From: Eledone cirrhosa
Lineage: Eukaryota
DNA length: 64,000 nucleotides
Assembly: GCA_964016885.1 (NCBI GenBank)
Contig: OZ024752.1
Span: forward strand, 25,420,001 to 25,484,000
Direction: 5' to 3'
The notes under the pieces were generated by a model. That model was not told where the DNA came from, did no database searches, and worked only from the letters and a program-made list of their open reading frames with translations. The position numbers were made by a program, and so were the translations under genes. The first letter of the stretch is position 1, and each line of letters begins with the position of its first letter. Positions 46,768 through 61,317 of this stretch are shown here, piece by piece.

Positions 46768-46816
<49 letters not shown>

Positions 46817-46899
46817 GATAGATACATATATATATATATATATAGATACATATATATATATATATATATATAGATATATATATATATATAGATATATAG

Positions 46900-47029
<130 letters not shown>

Positions 47030-47085
47030 CATATATATATACATATATACATATATACATATATATATACATATATATATATGCA

Positions 47086-47157
<72 letters not shown>

Positions 47158-47292
47158 CATATATATTAGGGTAAACATTGATGCAATTCAATTCAAGCAC
47201 TCAACGTACTTTTTCCACATAGGAGTGACGGAGTAAATATCGAATAAGGAAAAGCGAAGTAGTTTCAGATGTTCAAGTCCCTTAATAATAAT

Positions 47293-47441
47293 TGTTTCTA
47301 CTTTAGGCACAAGGCCAGCAATTACCCAGTGCATTACTGGCACTTTATTTTATCGACCCCGTAAGGATGAAAGGCAAAGTCAACCTCGGCGGGATTTGAA
47401 CTCAGATCGTAAAGGGACGTAACTATGCTGGAAAGCATGGC
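47293..47441 (-). mobile_element. tRNA-derived SINE with Nin/Deu-type core and 16-bp TSD
   Basis: Minus strand gagttcaaatccc B box, gcctttcatccttacggggtcgataaaat core; TSD gtcccttaataataat at 47277-47292 and 47442-47457. Confidence 0.85.
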
Positions 47442-47457
47442 GTCCCTTAATAATAAT

Positions 47458-47531
47458 GCTGTAATATATATTTCAGTGACGACACTGGCCACACTGTTCT
47501 GTGTGCGAGTGTCGTGTCATCATCAGACAGC
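47458..47531 (-). ncRNA. Type I hammerhead with extended stem II (AUU), family L (element about 47166-47837)
   Basis: gctgt-CTGATGA-tgacacgacact..cacac agaaca gtgtg..agtgtcgtcact-GAAA-tatata-TT-acagc. Confidence 0.8.
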
Positions 47532-47837
47532 TTGTTACATTGGATCGACAAGGGAACGGATGAATTGTGTGTTCTTGGGTTTTTCAGCCGCTCCCTTGTG
47601 AGCACCAATTCACCCCCACCGGCCTGCGCAAGCGCATGTCCAAAGGAAGTTGACCATTCTCCACCGCAGACTTCAACGAAATTTGCTTAGTCAGTTCACC
47701 CCGTCATCCAAAACAATGGCCCACCAATGCCTGTACCATATTTTACTGCTACCCATCACGGCTGTGGCAGTCAGCCGAGATCCAAGGGGATGGGAGAGTG
47801 TTAGTTTTTACAGGTCATAATACTACCCCTAACTAAG

Positions 47838-48542
47838 CGTTGACGGTACGACTGACCATCACCTTATTAGGGAAAATAAACTTATTCTAGGTATCATGGT
47901 TTTACGTTGGAAGTTAAGAGTGAGAGTTGGAAATAAAAATTTAAATCCTAAATCAAATATCAGAAATTATAAATTAAACAATTAAGAAATTATAAATTAT
48001 AAATTAAACAATTAAGAAATTAACAATTAGAAATTAAAGAATTATATATGTACTCTGTGTTTTTGCATTTATTCACTGTTGGTTCTGTTCTTTTCTTTTG
48101 TGTACTTTATGTCTGTTTTTCTTTGATTTTGTTCCATGTGATGGAAATTAGGACTGTATACCAGATTCACTAATGCCTGGAGCCTTGTAGTTATAATGTA
48201 CGGCACTGTCGTTCAATATGTGGATAGACTAACTGTGACACTAGAATCCCTCTCAGAACATATTACTTAAACACCTCTCTCCATATTATTTACTCACTTC
48301 AGTCTATATTTTTACTCACCTCAATCCGAATTATCACCTGAAAAGAATTTTTTTAATTCTTTTTTTAATTCTTTAATTTCTAATTGTTAATTTCTTAATT
48401 GTTTAATTTATAATTTCTGATATTTGATTTAGGATTTAAATTTTTATTTCCAACTCTCACTCTTAACTTCCAACGTAAAACCATGATACCTAGAATAAGT
48501 TTATTTTCCCTAATAAGGTGATGGTCAGTAGTACCGTCAACG
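47838..48542. repeat. Fold-back/MITE-like element with ~190-bp inverted arms
   Basis: 47838-48040 is the reverse complement of 48362-48542; no HHR seen. Confidence 0.8.
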
Positions 48543-48704
48543 TGTCAGTGTTGAACAAAAAGGTGACGTGGTTGCCTTAACACCGTATGGCATAAATTCA
48601 GGCTGTTCTGTTTGTTGACAAACAAACGAACAAAGCTGCGTTATAATAAACGTCGGCTAAACTGATGCGTGCATATATGTATATGTACCTGTGTGCATAT
48701 ATGT

Positions 48705-48791
<87 letters not shown>

Positions 48792-49077
48792 CATGCTACT
48801 GTACGTCTGTATGCATATATGTATGTACGTATACATACATACTTACATTTAAGTAAGTGCCATACTAAGAGTGAGATATGAAATTTCGTTTTCATTTTTT
48901 TCAACTTATATACATATATATATACATATATATATATATATACATATATATATACATATATATATATATACATATATATATACATATATATATACATATA
49001 TATATACATATATATATACAAATATATATATATATATACATATATATTTATATATATACATATATATATATATACAC

Positions 49078-49116
<39 letters not shown>

Positions 49117-49533
49117 CATATATATATACATACATATATACATATATATACATATATACATATATACACATATATATATATATGTACATATATATATATA
49201 TACATACATATATACATATATATACATATATACATATATACATATATATATATACACATATATATATATATACATATATATACATATATATATATATATA
49301 CATTTATATATATATATATACATATATACATATATATACATATATACATATATATATATACATATATATATATATACATATATACATATATATACATATA
49401 TACATATATATATACATATATACATATATACATATATATATATACATATATATATACATATATATATACATATATATATATATATACATTTATACATATA
49501 TATACATATATACATATATATATACATATATAC

Positions 49534-49566
<33 letters not shown>

Positions 49567-49623
49567 CATATATACATATATATACATATATACATATATA
49601 TATACATATATATACATATATAC

Positions 49624-49694
<71 letters not shown>

Positions 49695-49698
49695 CATG

Positions 49699-49800
<102 letters not shown>

Positions 49801-49804
49801 TATA

Positions 49805-49958
49805 TTAGAAAGTGACGTTTTTTTTTAACAAAATGAAAAATAACCGAGGTGTCCTACACGAGTGAAAGTATAAAGAAAAAGTGATGAAATCGAAAATGCA
49901 ACTGGAGTCTTATTTTTTTTTAAAATAAGACTCCAGTTGCATTTTCGACTTCATCTCT
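49805..49958 (-). repeat. Family H tail with a terminal snap-back hairpin
   Basis: Matches 61318-61420 and 18030-18080; gatgaaatcgaaaatgcaactggagtcttatttt followed by its reverse complement. Confidence 0.8.
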
Positions 49959-50106
49959 AAAATTAGTCCAGAATTAGCCGTCGAAACGGCTTGAGCTAGG
50001 CCGTCGGGGTCTTACTCGTCCCTATTACCCACTCTACTACCCTAAGTATTGAGTACTTTGGTGCGTTATGGTCCACCTGGTTCCTTACCACATTTCCTCC
50101 GTTATA

Positions 50107-50147
<41 letters not shown>

Positions 50148-50298
50148 GAAAGACGTAAAATAAGAAAATTTTAAAAATTAAAAATTAACTTACTTACTAA
50201 AATTTTCACTCCAACTAATTAGTTTCTGTAATGTATATATATACATATATATATATACATATATATATATACATATATACACACATATATATATATAC

Positions 50299-50368
<70 letters not shown>

Positions 50369-50532
50369 GTATATATGTATATATGTATATATATATATAT
50401 GTATATATGTATATATATATATGTATATATATATATGTGTGTATATATGTATATATATATATGTATATATATATGTATATATATATATGTATATATATAT
50501 ATGTATATATATATATGTATATATATATATAC

Positions 50533-50581
<49 letters not shown>

Positions 50582-50606
50582 CATATATATATATACATAT
50601 ATATAT

Positions 50607-50675
<69 letters not shown>

Positions 50676-51065
50676 AGTATATATATATACATATATATAT
50701 ATATATAAATATATATATACATATATATACATATATATATATACATATATATATATATACATATATATATACATATATATATATATATGTATAGTCTTTT
50801 AAGACTATACAGAGCATTTGATGTTATTCCAAATTGAAGGATAAGTGTTTCAAACTGTATTTTATCATGAGTTAAAGGTCTATAGATTTTTCCCTGGATT
50901 TTACTAAATTCTGTGGATGAATTTATATCCTGATTCTCTTTTGAGATGAGTTTGAGTTATTTTTCCTAAATCTTTCGTTAACTACTTTTCCCATCTTGAC
51001 GTTATAGTCGCATATATGTTATAGAATGCCGTTAGCTTCTTGCTAAAACAATCTCTATACCTCTC

Positions 51066-51116
<51 letters not shown>

Positions 51117-51255
51117 CATACATATATATATATACATATATATATATACATATATATATATACATATATATATATACATATATACACACATATATATATA
51201 CATATATATATATACATATATACATATATATATATATACATATATACATATATAC

Positions 51256-51340
<85 letters not shown>

Positions 51341-51344
51341 CATA

Positions 51345-54232
51345 TCATTATCTATAAAAGGCAGATTTTTGTGTCTGTATGTATGTTTCAATTTTATACA
51401 TTTACACAATTCCAAAAATATTGAATGAATAATTAAGCAGAATGTTTACAAATATTCTAACTTGTGTCATGGGCGAACTTATTGGGTAAAAAATGCCACA
51501 ATACGGAAAAATCGATTTATTTCAACAATCGATGATTTCTCCTCTCTCATATGATATACGTTTCCTATATCTACTCCCTTCATTACCTCCCCTTAAAATT
51601 GCTACCTTCTCTTATAAGTGTTTGTGAAAAAGAGAAACATTGAAAAAAAACATATACACACATATATGTGGGTGCATACACACACATATATGTTGGTATG
51701 GTTACGATTGACGTCATAGAAACAGGAACGCGGGAATTTCAATCAATCAACGCATACACAGTTTGTTTTAGAAATAACAATAGCATATAATGATAAAGAG
51801 GGATATAATGATAAAGAGGGAGTGAGAAACAAACAGACACACTAAAAGACGGATATACGTGTGTGTGTTTGTATTAGCGCGTTCAAACTCCATTTCGAAG
51901 CTGACTTTCATTTACTAAACTGTGCGTTTTTCAATCGGCCTTACACTTTCAAACTATATTTTTCTGTATAAGTATCTTTAACCCTTTATTTTCGACATAA
52001 AAATACACACATACATACAAATACCTGTAAATTTTTTGGGGGGGCCTTTCTTATCAATCTTTTTACATTCAATTATCAGCCTTATACTTTCAAAGTCAAT
52101 TTTTATGTTGAAGTAACTTTCAACCTTTAATACATACATACATACATACATACATACATACATACATACATACATACATACATACATACATACATACATA
52201 CATACATACATACACACACATACATACATATACACACATACATACAAATACCTGTCACTTAATTTACACACACATCGGCCTTACACTTTCAAACTATATT
52301 TTTCTGTATAAGTAACTTTAACCCTTTATTTTCGACATAAAAATACACACATACATACAAATACCTGTAAATTTTTTTGGGTGGTCTTTCTTATCAATCT
52401 TTTTACATTCAATTATCAGCCTCATACTTTCAAATTCAATTTTTATGTTGAAGTAACTTTCACCCTTTATTTTTCGATGCCCATTTACTTACTAACATTT
52501 GTATCACAACAACAATAACAATATTCATAAACAGTCAGTAGACTTTCAAAGTCAATTTTTCTGTAGAAGTAACTTTCACCCTTTCTTTTGGACATAAAAT
52601 GCCACCTCAAAAGAGAAGTCGCCTCAGTCGACATACCGCGTCAGCAGTGGCGCAAAAGGCTATTATAGCAAACGAGTCCTCTGAGGAAAATGCTTCAAGA
52701 CTTTCACAGACAGCCTTACGTTCAGCAGAATGTCGAGCCGCTGAAAGTTTCCAACAGCGCACCGCACGCCTAGCCAAAATGGCTTCATAGCAGGCTTCTT
52801 CCAGGGCTTCAGAGAGCCGTGAACAAAGGTCGAAGCGCCTGGCTAGAAACGATGCGACTAATGCTGCTTCCCGGTCTTTGGAACGTTTAAAACAACGGAC
52901 GGCTCGCCTTCCTACGAACGCTGCGGCTATGACTACTTCCATGGCTTCTGAAGATGCAGACGGGCGGTCCATTAGCATTGCAAATGTTGCTTCTGCTATT
53001 GCTGCCAGACCTTCCCACCAACCACACGACCAATGTTCTACGTTCAAGCGTAACAGTCGACGGCGAGAAGCTGCACGCGGTGTGACGAGCCCCAACAGCC
53101 CTTACTGGCACCTACGGGCTTTCAAGTATTAGCAAAACGTTAATTACTCGATGCGCTCTGACATAAATATAGGCGAGATGCGCTTCAATTGCCAATTCTG
53201 CAATGCTACAAAGTGGGTTGGGGAGCCACCTGCAATGTGCTGCTTAAACGGTAAGGTCACCTTTCCCCCTCTTCCGGAACCGCCAGAGCCTTTGAATGAG
53301 CTACTGACTGGTTATACCTCAAGGTAAAAAAAAAACCCTGATCCTCCCAATAAAAAACGCTCCTGGGGGTACCGGAAAAACTTTTGTAACGAATTTGATT
53401 CTCGCTAAGATTCGCCAGGAGAAAAAAGTTGCGTTGTCCGTTGCATCGTCCGGGATCGCTGCTACTTTGCTGCCGGGAGGCAGGACAGCACATTCAACCT
53501 TTAAACTCACTTTGGATTTAGTAAAAACTGAGACACCAACATGCAATATCAGCAAGAGTTCACACAAAGCTCTGGTTCTCAAAAGATGTTGCCTCATTGT
53601 TTGGGATGAGTGCACAATGGCACACAAGGGTGCCCTTGAGGCATTGGACGGGGCCCGGAAAGACATTAGGGATTCTACGGCTCCTATGGGTGGCGTAACC
53701 CTTCTGCTATCAGGGGATTTTCGGAAAACGCTGCCTGTCATCCCCAAATGGACAAGAGCTGATGAAGTGCGTGCCTGTCTTAAGTCGTCCATGTTGTGGC
53801 TCCAGGTGAAGAGTTTGTACCTGAGCACAAATATGCGTGCTCATTTGCATGGTGACAACATGTCTGCAGCACAGAACATTTTAGCACTTGGTGAGGGCAA
53901 GATCCCTGCGGATGTCAAGGGCGGCATAGCAATCGACACCCTGTGCAACATTGTGAGCAGCCCTTCTGACCTTTGGGAAGCAGTTTTTCCTAATGTCTCA
54001 TCTAACTTTAAAAACCTCGATTGGCTCAGCGAAAGAGCCATCCTTGCTCCGAAAAATACCATGGTTAATTTTATGAACGAGCAGCTGATTGAGAAGATTC
54101 CCGGTAAAGAGCACATCTTCAAATCAGACCCCGACGTTAATTATCCGGTTGAGTTATTAAATCTCCTTGAGCCCCCAGGGCTCCCACCTCACATTATTAA
54201 GCTTAGGGTTGGCTGTCCCATTATGCTAATAA
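51345..54232 (+). mobile_element. Internally deleted, 3'-truncated Helitron
   Basis: TC..TCTATAAAA-type 5' end; N-terminal RAAES..R.ARL repeats; CQFC.A.KW..E...CC.NGKV..PP zinc motif; PIF1 helicase. Confidence 0.85.
52599..54232 (+). pseudogene. Helitron RepHel remnant (Rep domain missing; PIF1 helicase about 53355-54232)
   Basis: APGGTGKT, ASSGIAATLLPGGRTAHS, IVWDECTM, GDFRKTLPV, NMR, RAILAPKN, GCPIMLIRN. Confidence 0.9.
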
Positions 54233-55261
54233 GGAACCAACATAAAATCCCTGATCAGCAAAACCTACCCTTTTAAGAAAACCCACTGTACCAATAGGAA
54301 ATGTATCATATGTAAGGTGAACCCCCGGATAAACTGTAAAACTAGAAACGTAGTCTATAACATAAGATGTACAGAGGGTACTTGCAGAAACATGACAACA
54401 ACATACATAGGCGAGACAGCTCGTAGCATAGGTGAAAGGATAGACCAACACTGGGGGGAACTAAAAGGACGAAAAAACGGGTCAGTACTATACGAACATG
54501 CCAGAAAACAGCACGACGGTAACATAGACAACATAGAAATTAGAATAATATCTAAACATAGAAATGACCCAGCAGATAGGCAAATCAGAGAGGCCAGTGA
54601 AATAGAAATTAGAAGACCAAAGCTAAACAGAAAGAATGAATGGAATAACAACAACACCCAAACAAACAACACTGACCTAAGAGAAGTATAAATAAGTAAA
54701 TAAATAAATAAATAAATAAAATAAGATAAATAAATAAATAAATACATACACAAGCACAATAACAACAAGCACAATAACAACAAGCACATAAACACACACT
54801 AGTCACCCATCACACAGCAAACATAACACTATACACACACGCAAACGCATGCGCAAAGAAGACAAAATAAAATAAACAAACAAGCAAATAAATAAATAAA
54901 TATATAGACAGACTGAATAAAAATGGCGTAGACATACAACACAACAGGAGGAAAATATAACACCACTGACGATGTTGCAGATGTGCAACGAAAGATTTAT
55001 GATAAACTATATATATGTGTTTGTGTCTATATTGTATCTGTATTATTTTTGACCGTCGGTCAGTCAATGGCAACATTGAGGACCGAGTAAGTTAGATTAC
55101 CGATATAAAAGACAGCGAGAAGCGAAAACCAACCAAACAGTGAGTGTGTTCCGTTATTAATTCTGGCAATATTACACAAATATGACCCACCCCATGTATG
55201 ACAATATTTGTTTCGACACACGATTTCATATAGAAAACTTCGCAAAACTAATTCATCGCCG

Positions 55262-55262
<1 letters not shown>
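54233..55262 (+). mobile_element. PLE family B2 (relative of B), 5'-truncated GIY-YIG + 3' UTR, interrupting the Helitron
   Basis: NCKTRNVVYNIRC..YIGETARSIGER..RQIREA..LNRKNEW; ends at (TA)n. Confidence 0.9.
54962..55003 (+). ncRNA. Minimal type I hammerhead, family B2
   Basis: acca-CTGACGA-t-gttgca gatg tgcaac-GAAA-gatt-TA-tgat; one stem I mismatch. Confidence 0.75.
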
Positions 55263-55310
<48 letters not shown>

Positions 55311-56095
55311 AATACATATATATACATAAATATATATATATATATACATAAATACATATATATACATAAATACATATATATACATAAATATATATATATA
55401 TATATACATAAATACATAAATACTTCTCTCCCCGAGTAAGCAGCAAGTCACACAGCCACAAAACAAAACCACAAGACAAAACCAAACAAACAAAAAATTG
55501 ACCGGTTAATACATTTTCATACATCTATATTATTATATATTTGAAAATTGACCGGTTAATACATTTTTCATACATCTATATTATTATATATTTGAAACCA
55601 CGTGTTTTCGAACTTGTGAGTACATTTTCCTTTAACTACAAATTATTATTATATACTTTCGTCTTTTCATTAACTTAATTAATTTCAAATAACCAGAATA
55701 TACATATATATATATATATATACTCATATTTATATATATACGCTTCTCACTTACACACAAGAAAAACAAAAAACAAAAATAAATCAAAAATAAATTTAAA
55801 AAATATATATATATATTGAAATACTTAACTAAAACACACACACACGAACTTGTGAGTACATTTTCCTTTAACTACAAATTATTATTATATACTTTCGTCT
55901 TTTCATTAACTTAATTAATTTCAAATAACCAGAATATACATATATATATATATATATATACTCATATTTATATATATACGCTTCTCACTCACACACAAGA
56001 AAAACAAAAAACAATAATAAATCAAAAATAAATTTTAAAAAAAATATATATATATTGAAATACTTAACTAAAACACACACACACTCAAAACTAGA

Positions 56096-57271
56096 ATGGC
56101 TAACCAGCAAAAATCCAAACAGAACTGGTCTGATAATGAAATCGACATTCTAATAAACACATGGCATTGCCTTTCCCAAACAGAAAATATAGATGCTTCA
56201 TCTCTGAACGACATTGCTAAACGTACAGTTCAATTTTTGAAAACTCGATCTGAACAACAGATTCAAAATAAATTAAAGCAAATCGAAATTGCTTTTAAAT
56301 TAATCAATAAACATTTGGATAAACTACGGTGTGTTTTCTCTTCGAATGCTGTCCAGCAGCAGCAACAACAACAACAGCAGCTACAACAGCAACAACAACA
56401 ACAGCTACAACAACAACATCAACAACAGCTACAACAACAACATCAACAACAGCAACAACAACAACAACGACAACAACAGTGTGAACCACTCCTTGATTCA
56501 TCAACAATGGCCGATCTACTAAATGAAACTATTGACCCCCCAGTAGCCTCTGTCTCACAGCATGAAACGCCACATCCTTTCTCTGGCCCAGCAGTCCAAT
56601 CATCACCACTGCCAACATCTCTGCCTACTACTACTACTACTACTACAACATTTTTGTCTACTGCTATGTCAAGGAATTTACCTTCTAATACCAGAACAAG
56701 AACTCTCCCTCCCACAGTCCACAAAGGTCGTCAAATCCTACCCAAACCATCATCTACGCCTCTCACAACACCCACACCCACATACCCACCCACTCGAAAC
56801 CCCATCATTTGCCGCTACTCTCTACGCTATAGAATATGTACGGATAGTGGCTGCAAATTCACCCATTTACCTAGGACAAAACGATCTATCCCCACAAACA
56901 GCCACCACCATAATACATACTCTAATTTAACACCAACACAACCACCAATAACTCAAACAAGGAATCCACAAATCTGCCGTTTTTCCCTGCGAGACAGATT
57001 GTGTTTAGACCGGGATTGTCCCTTTACCCATCTCCCGGGGACCCGTCGGATAAATGAAAATAAAATTAAAAATAAAAGCAAAAACAAAAACCATAACCTA
57101 CATAAAAATAACCACTACCACAGTCACCAACAGTCTTCTAAACAGGAAACTTCTTCCTCTTTTTTAGCCATAATGAATCTGGCAAAAGAACTGGAAAAAA
57201 ACATTCGAGCTATCACCCAGCACCACCCTCCACTATCACCCCACTGCACAAACTCCCATTGCTGCCATTAA
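56096..57271 (+). CDS. LINE ORF1: Myb/SANT-like N-terminus, polyQ, two CCCH-type fingers
   Basis: NWSDNEIDILINTW..RSEQQIQNKLKQI; ICRYSLRYRICTDSGCKFTHL; ICRFSLRDRLCLDRDCPFTHL. Confidence 0.8.
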   Translation: MANQQKSKQNWSDNEIDILINTWHCLSQTENIDASSLNDIAKRTVQFLKTRSEQQIQNKLKQIEIAFKLINKHLDKLRCVFSSNAVQQQQQQQQQLQQQQQQQLQQQHQQQLQQQHQQQQQQQQRQQQCEPLLDSSTMADLLNETIDPPVASVSQHETPHPFSGPAVQSSPLPTSLPTTTTTTTTFLSTAMSRNLPSNTRTRTLPPTVHKGRQILPKPSSTPLTTPTPTYPPTRNPIICRYSLRYRICTDSGCKFTHLPRTKRSIPTNSHHHNTYSNLTPTQPPITQTRNPQICRFSLRDRLCLDRDCPFTHLPGTRRINENKIKNKSKNKNHNLHKNNHYHSHQQSSKQETSSSFLAIMNLAKELEKNIRAITQHHPPLSPHCTNSHCCH

Positions 57272-60200
57272 CAAACAAACAAATTAACAACACACCAAAA
57301 CAATTAAAACCATCCACTCTCGCCTCTACATTTTTGCTTAACGCCCAAGGCATCAGCCCTTCCACCAATACTCAAAAATGGAAGATCAAATTCCTGGAGG
57401 ACTGGATTGATGTCCATCCAAACCACATCCCTTTCTTCGTCCTCACTGAAACCCATCTCAGTAACCTCCACTTGGAAGCCGAGGTGAAAGTGAAAAATTT
57501 CAAAGCCATCCGTGCTGATCGCGCTGGCAGAAGAAAGGGCGGAACTGCCATTTATGTCCATAATTCTTTCTCAACAGAGGCTATGAACATATTCACTAAT
57601 GGATACTGTGAGGCAGTCACTGTATTCAGTCAAACCAACAACCTATTAGTAGTTGGGCTCTATAGGCCACCCCAAACGCCTGTACCATGCTTCAAGGAAT
57701 GCCTCAACAGCATAAAGTGTTTCATCCAAGAGTGTCACCCTGACAACATCTTAATGATGGGGGACTTCAACCTCCCCGGAGTTGACTGGTCCACAAACAC
57801 CCTGCCACCAGGTTCTTCTGCCTCAACCTCTGACAGGGAAGCTGTGGAATCGCTTCTTGACTTCATGGATGATTTCTTCCTATCCCAACTAGTGCTCGAA
57901 CCAACGAGGTGCCACAAAAACGTCCTAGACTTAATTTTCAGCAATCACACTGACAATATCCACAATATTGCAGTGGAGAAAACTCTACTCTCTGATCATG
58001 ACATGGTTCTCTGTGATCTGAGATTCCACCGTCCAATATACAAACCCAATGTCATTTCTCCTGTCCATCCGTTTGACGCTATGGATTTCCACAATGCAAA
58101 CTGGGAAGCGATCAGTCATGATCTTGCACATGTCGACTGGTCCTTCACGCACACTCATACACCCACTAACATCAAAAAGTCCTGGCAGACATTTGTGGAC
58201 ACTGTTACAAACATATGTGCTAAACACACCCCATTAAGAACTATAAACAAATCTAAGAGCAGAATCCCTAGAAATAGAAAAACGCTCATCAGAAAAATTA
58301 AGAGAACGAACAAAAAAATCAACAATCTGAAATACTGTCAGCAGCAACACATCAACTTGACTGCCATTTCATCACTAGAGATTAAAAAACATAACCTCCA
58401 AAACAACATAATGTCCCTCATCAACAATCAGAGAAGAGCTGAAGAGGCCTGGGCCATTGAGAAGATCAAACTCAATCCCAAAGTGTTCTTTTCATTTGCA
58501 AAAAAAACACAAAATCACTGGCTCTACTGTTGGCCCTCTAATTGATGAAAATGGCACTCTTCAAGACAATGCTAAAACCATGGGTGAGATACTGCAGAAA
58601 CAATACTGCTCTGTTTTCAGCAATCCTGATATGGCCGATCTGGGCTGTATCGGCGATGTTACTCCCCATTACACCTTATCGGACATAACGTTTGGCGCCC
58701 CTGATGTCTTGGCGGCAATAAAGGAAATCAAGCATAATTCAGCAATAGGTCCCGATAGGTTCCCTGCTTGTGTCTTGAAGGCGTGTCAACACCGACTTGC
58801 TTCTCCTCTTGCCAATCTGTGGCGGAACTCACTGGATGCTGGATATGTGCCAGGAAACCTTCTATCCCAGTCTGTTGTCCCAGTTTTCAAAAAGGGAAAC
58901 AAATCCCTTGCCGTGAATTACCGTCCAATCTCACTCACCTCTCATATCATTAAGGTATTTGAGCGAGTGGTGAGATCGCGAATGACCCACTTCCTTGAGA
59001 GTAACAATATGCTGAACTCCAACCAGCATGGATTCCGTAATGGAAGGGATTGCCTGACGCAACTACTGCATCACTTTGATGACATTTTGAGAGCCTTGGG
59101 AGAGGGTTCCAACACTGATGTTATCTACCTTGATTTCAGCAAGGCCTTTGACAGGGTTGATCATAACATTCTACTGAGAAAGCTGTCCAATATTGGTGTC
59201 ACTGGAAAGCTGCTGCAGTGGATCAAGAGCTTCCTGTCAAACAGAACCCAACATGTTGTAGTTGAGGGAGTCAAATCAAGCCCAGCCAAAGTCAGTAGTG
59301 GAGTCCCACAAGGCACTGTGTTGGGCCCACTTCTCTTCATCATCTATATTAATGACATCACTGACATCATCAAACACAGCAACATTAAAATTTTCGCTGA
59401 TGATTCCAAGCTCCAAAAGGTCATCAATGGCGTGGATGACCGGATAAGCCTTCAGTCAGACCTACTGGCTGTTACCCAATGGGCAGAAAAGAACAACATG
59501 TTACTGAACGAAGACAAATTCGAACTGATCCACTTTGGAAAAGAGGAGGCTCTGAAACTCCCGTACTCCCTTCCCTCCGGGGAAACTCTCGTGGCATCTA
59601 ACAACATCAGAGACTTGGGAGTAACCGTGGACAGCAACATAAGCTGGACCACGCATATAAGCAGCAAAGTTGACATGGCCCGCAGAATGTGTTCCTGGAT
59701 CCTCAGAACCTTCCAGTCGAGAGATTCCCGCACCATTATCCTTCTCTTCTCTACTTTCGCCCGACCACACCTTGAATACTGTTGTCCACTGTGGTCTCCC
59801 CACACGAAACAAAGTATCATGAAACTTGAAGCTCCTCAAAGGGCAATCACGAAAAAGATAGATGGCATGTCAGACCTTGACTACTGGGGTCGATTGGAAA
59901 ACCTGAAACTTTACTCACTCCAACGTCGCCGTGAGCGTTATATTATCTGCATGATGTGGAAAATGTTCCATCATCACTGCCCAAATGATGTTGGCATCGC
60001 CTTCAAGATACACCCAAGGCTTGGGCCCCGTGCTATCCGTCCCATTCAAAAATCTAAATCGAAACTCATAACAACAATACGGCACAATTATTTCACCTCA
60101 ATCGGCCCTGCTCTCTTCAACATCACACCAGGACACGTCAAAACAGAAACTGACCACACAAAATTCAAGAAGTCTTTGGACAAATTCCTCCAAGTAATCC

Positions 60201-60280
60201 CGGACAAACCACCCACACCCGGATATGTCTCCGCAAACAGTAATTCTCTTCTCGAATGGGCCATGGTGCCCAAATCCTGA
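57142..60280 (+). CDS. LINE ORF2 APE + RT with a single +1 A frameshift in the A-run at 58500-58507
   Basis: LTETHL, YRPP, GDFNLP, LDLIF, SDHD; NYRPISLT, YLDFSKAFD, SGVPQGTVLGP, FADD, RPHLEYC. Confidence 0.9.
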
Positions 60281-60503
60281 ATTGAAAGACTTCGCCAGGT
60301 GGTGCTATTAAGTTAGACATGGCCTGGGCCAATACTGGCCAAAACATTTCAAAGTTATTCAAAGTTATATATACATACATATATATATATCTACTTACAT
60401 ATATATATACATATATATATATATACATAAATATATATATATACATAAATATATATATATACATAAATATATATATATATAATATATATATATATATATT
60501 CAT

Positions 60504-60536
<33 letters not shown>

Positions 60537-60542
60537 TCATAA

Positions 60543-60577
<35 letters not shown>

Positions 60578-60626
60578 CATATATACATAAACATATATAT
60601 ATATATACATATATAAATATATATAC

Positions 60627-60673
<47 letters not shown>

Positions 60674-60694
60674 CATATATATAAACATACATAA

Positions 60695-60725
<31 letters not shown>

Positions 60726-60884
60726 TATATACATATATATATATACATACATAAATATATATATATATATATACATACATAAATATATATATATATATAC
60801 ATACATAAATATATATATATATACATACATACATAAATATCAATATATATACATATATATACATATATATATATATATACATAC

Positions 60885-60932
<48 letters not shown>

Positions 60933-61054
60933 CATACATATATATATATATATACATACATATGATGAGGGACTCATTTTATAACATGTTATCCATGTGC
61001 AACCTGCAGTATTCTTCTCCCCATTTTTTCACATATATATACATACATATATAA

Positions 61055-61091
<37 letters not shown>

Positions 61092-61317
61092 CATATATAT
61101 ATATACATACATATATATACACATATATATATATACATACATATATATACATATGTATATATATACATACATATATACATATATATACATATATACATAT
61201 ATACATATACATATATATATATATATATACATATATATACATATATATATATATACATATAAATAAATATATACATATGTATATATATACACATATATAT
61301 ATATACATATATATATT

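Larger units (their letters stand above)
55421..60367 (+). mobile_element. Near full-length CR1-like LINE (5' UTR with ~236-bp tandem duplication; 3' tail TTCAAAGTTA x2)
   Basis: ORF1 + ORF2; UTR repeats 55610-55845 / 55846-56085; 5' boundary approximate. Confidence 0.9.

Noticed and set aside
50790-51070. Unique island between TA tracts as a possible host exon
   Set aside because: Stops in the frames I checked, no recognisable domain or HHR; left unassigned
55087-55140. PLE pseudo-LTR intron (GTAAGT…CAG)
   Set aside because: Very short, no pyrimidine tract, and not conserved in the related family B tail
58500-58507. Second programmed frameshift within CR1 ORF2
   Set aside because: A single extra A in a homopolymer is better explained by mutation or sequencing error
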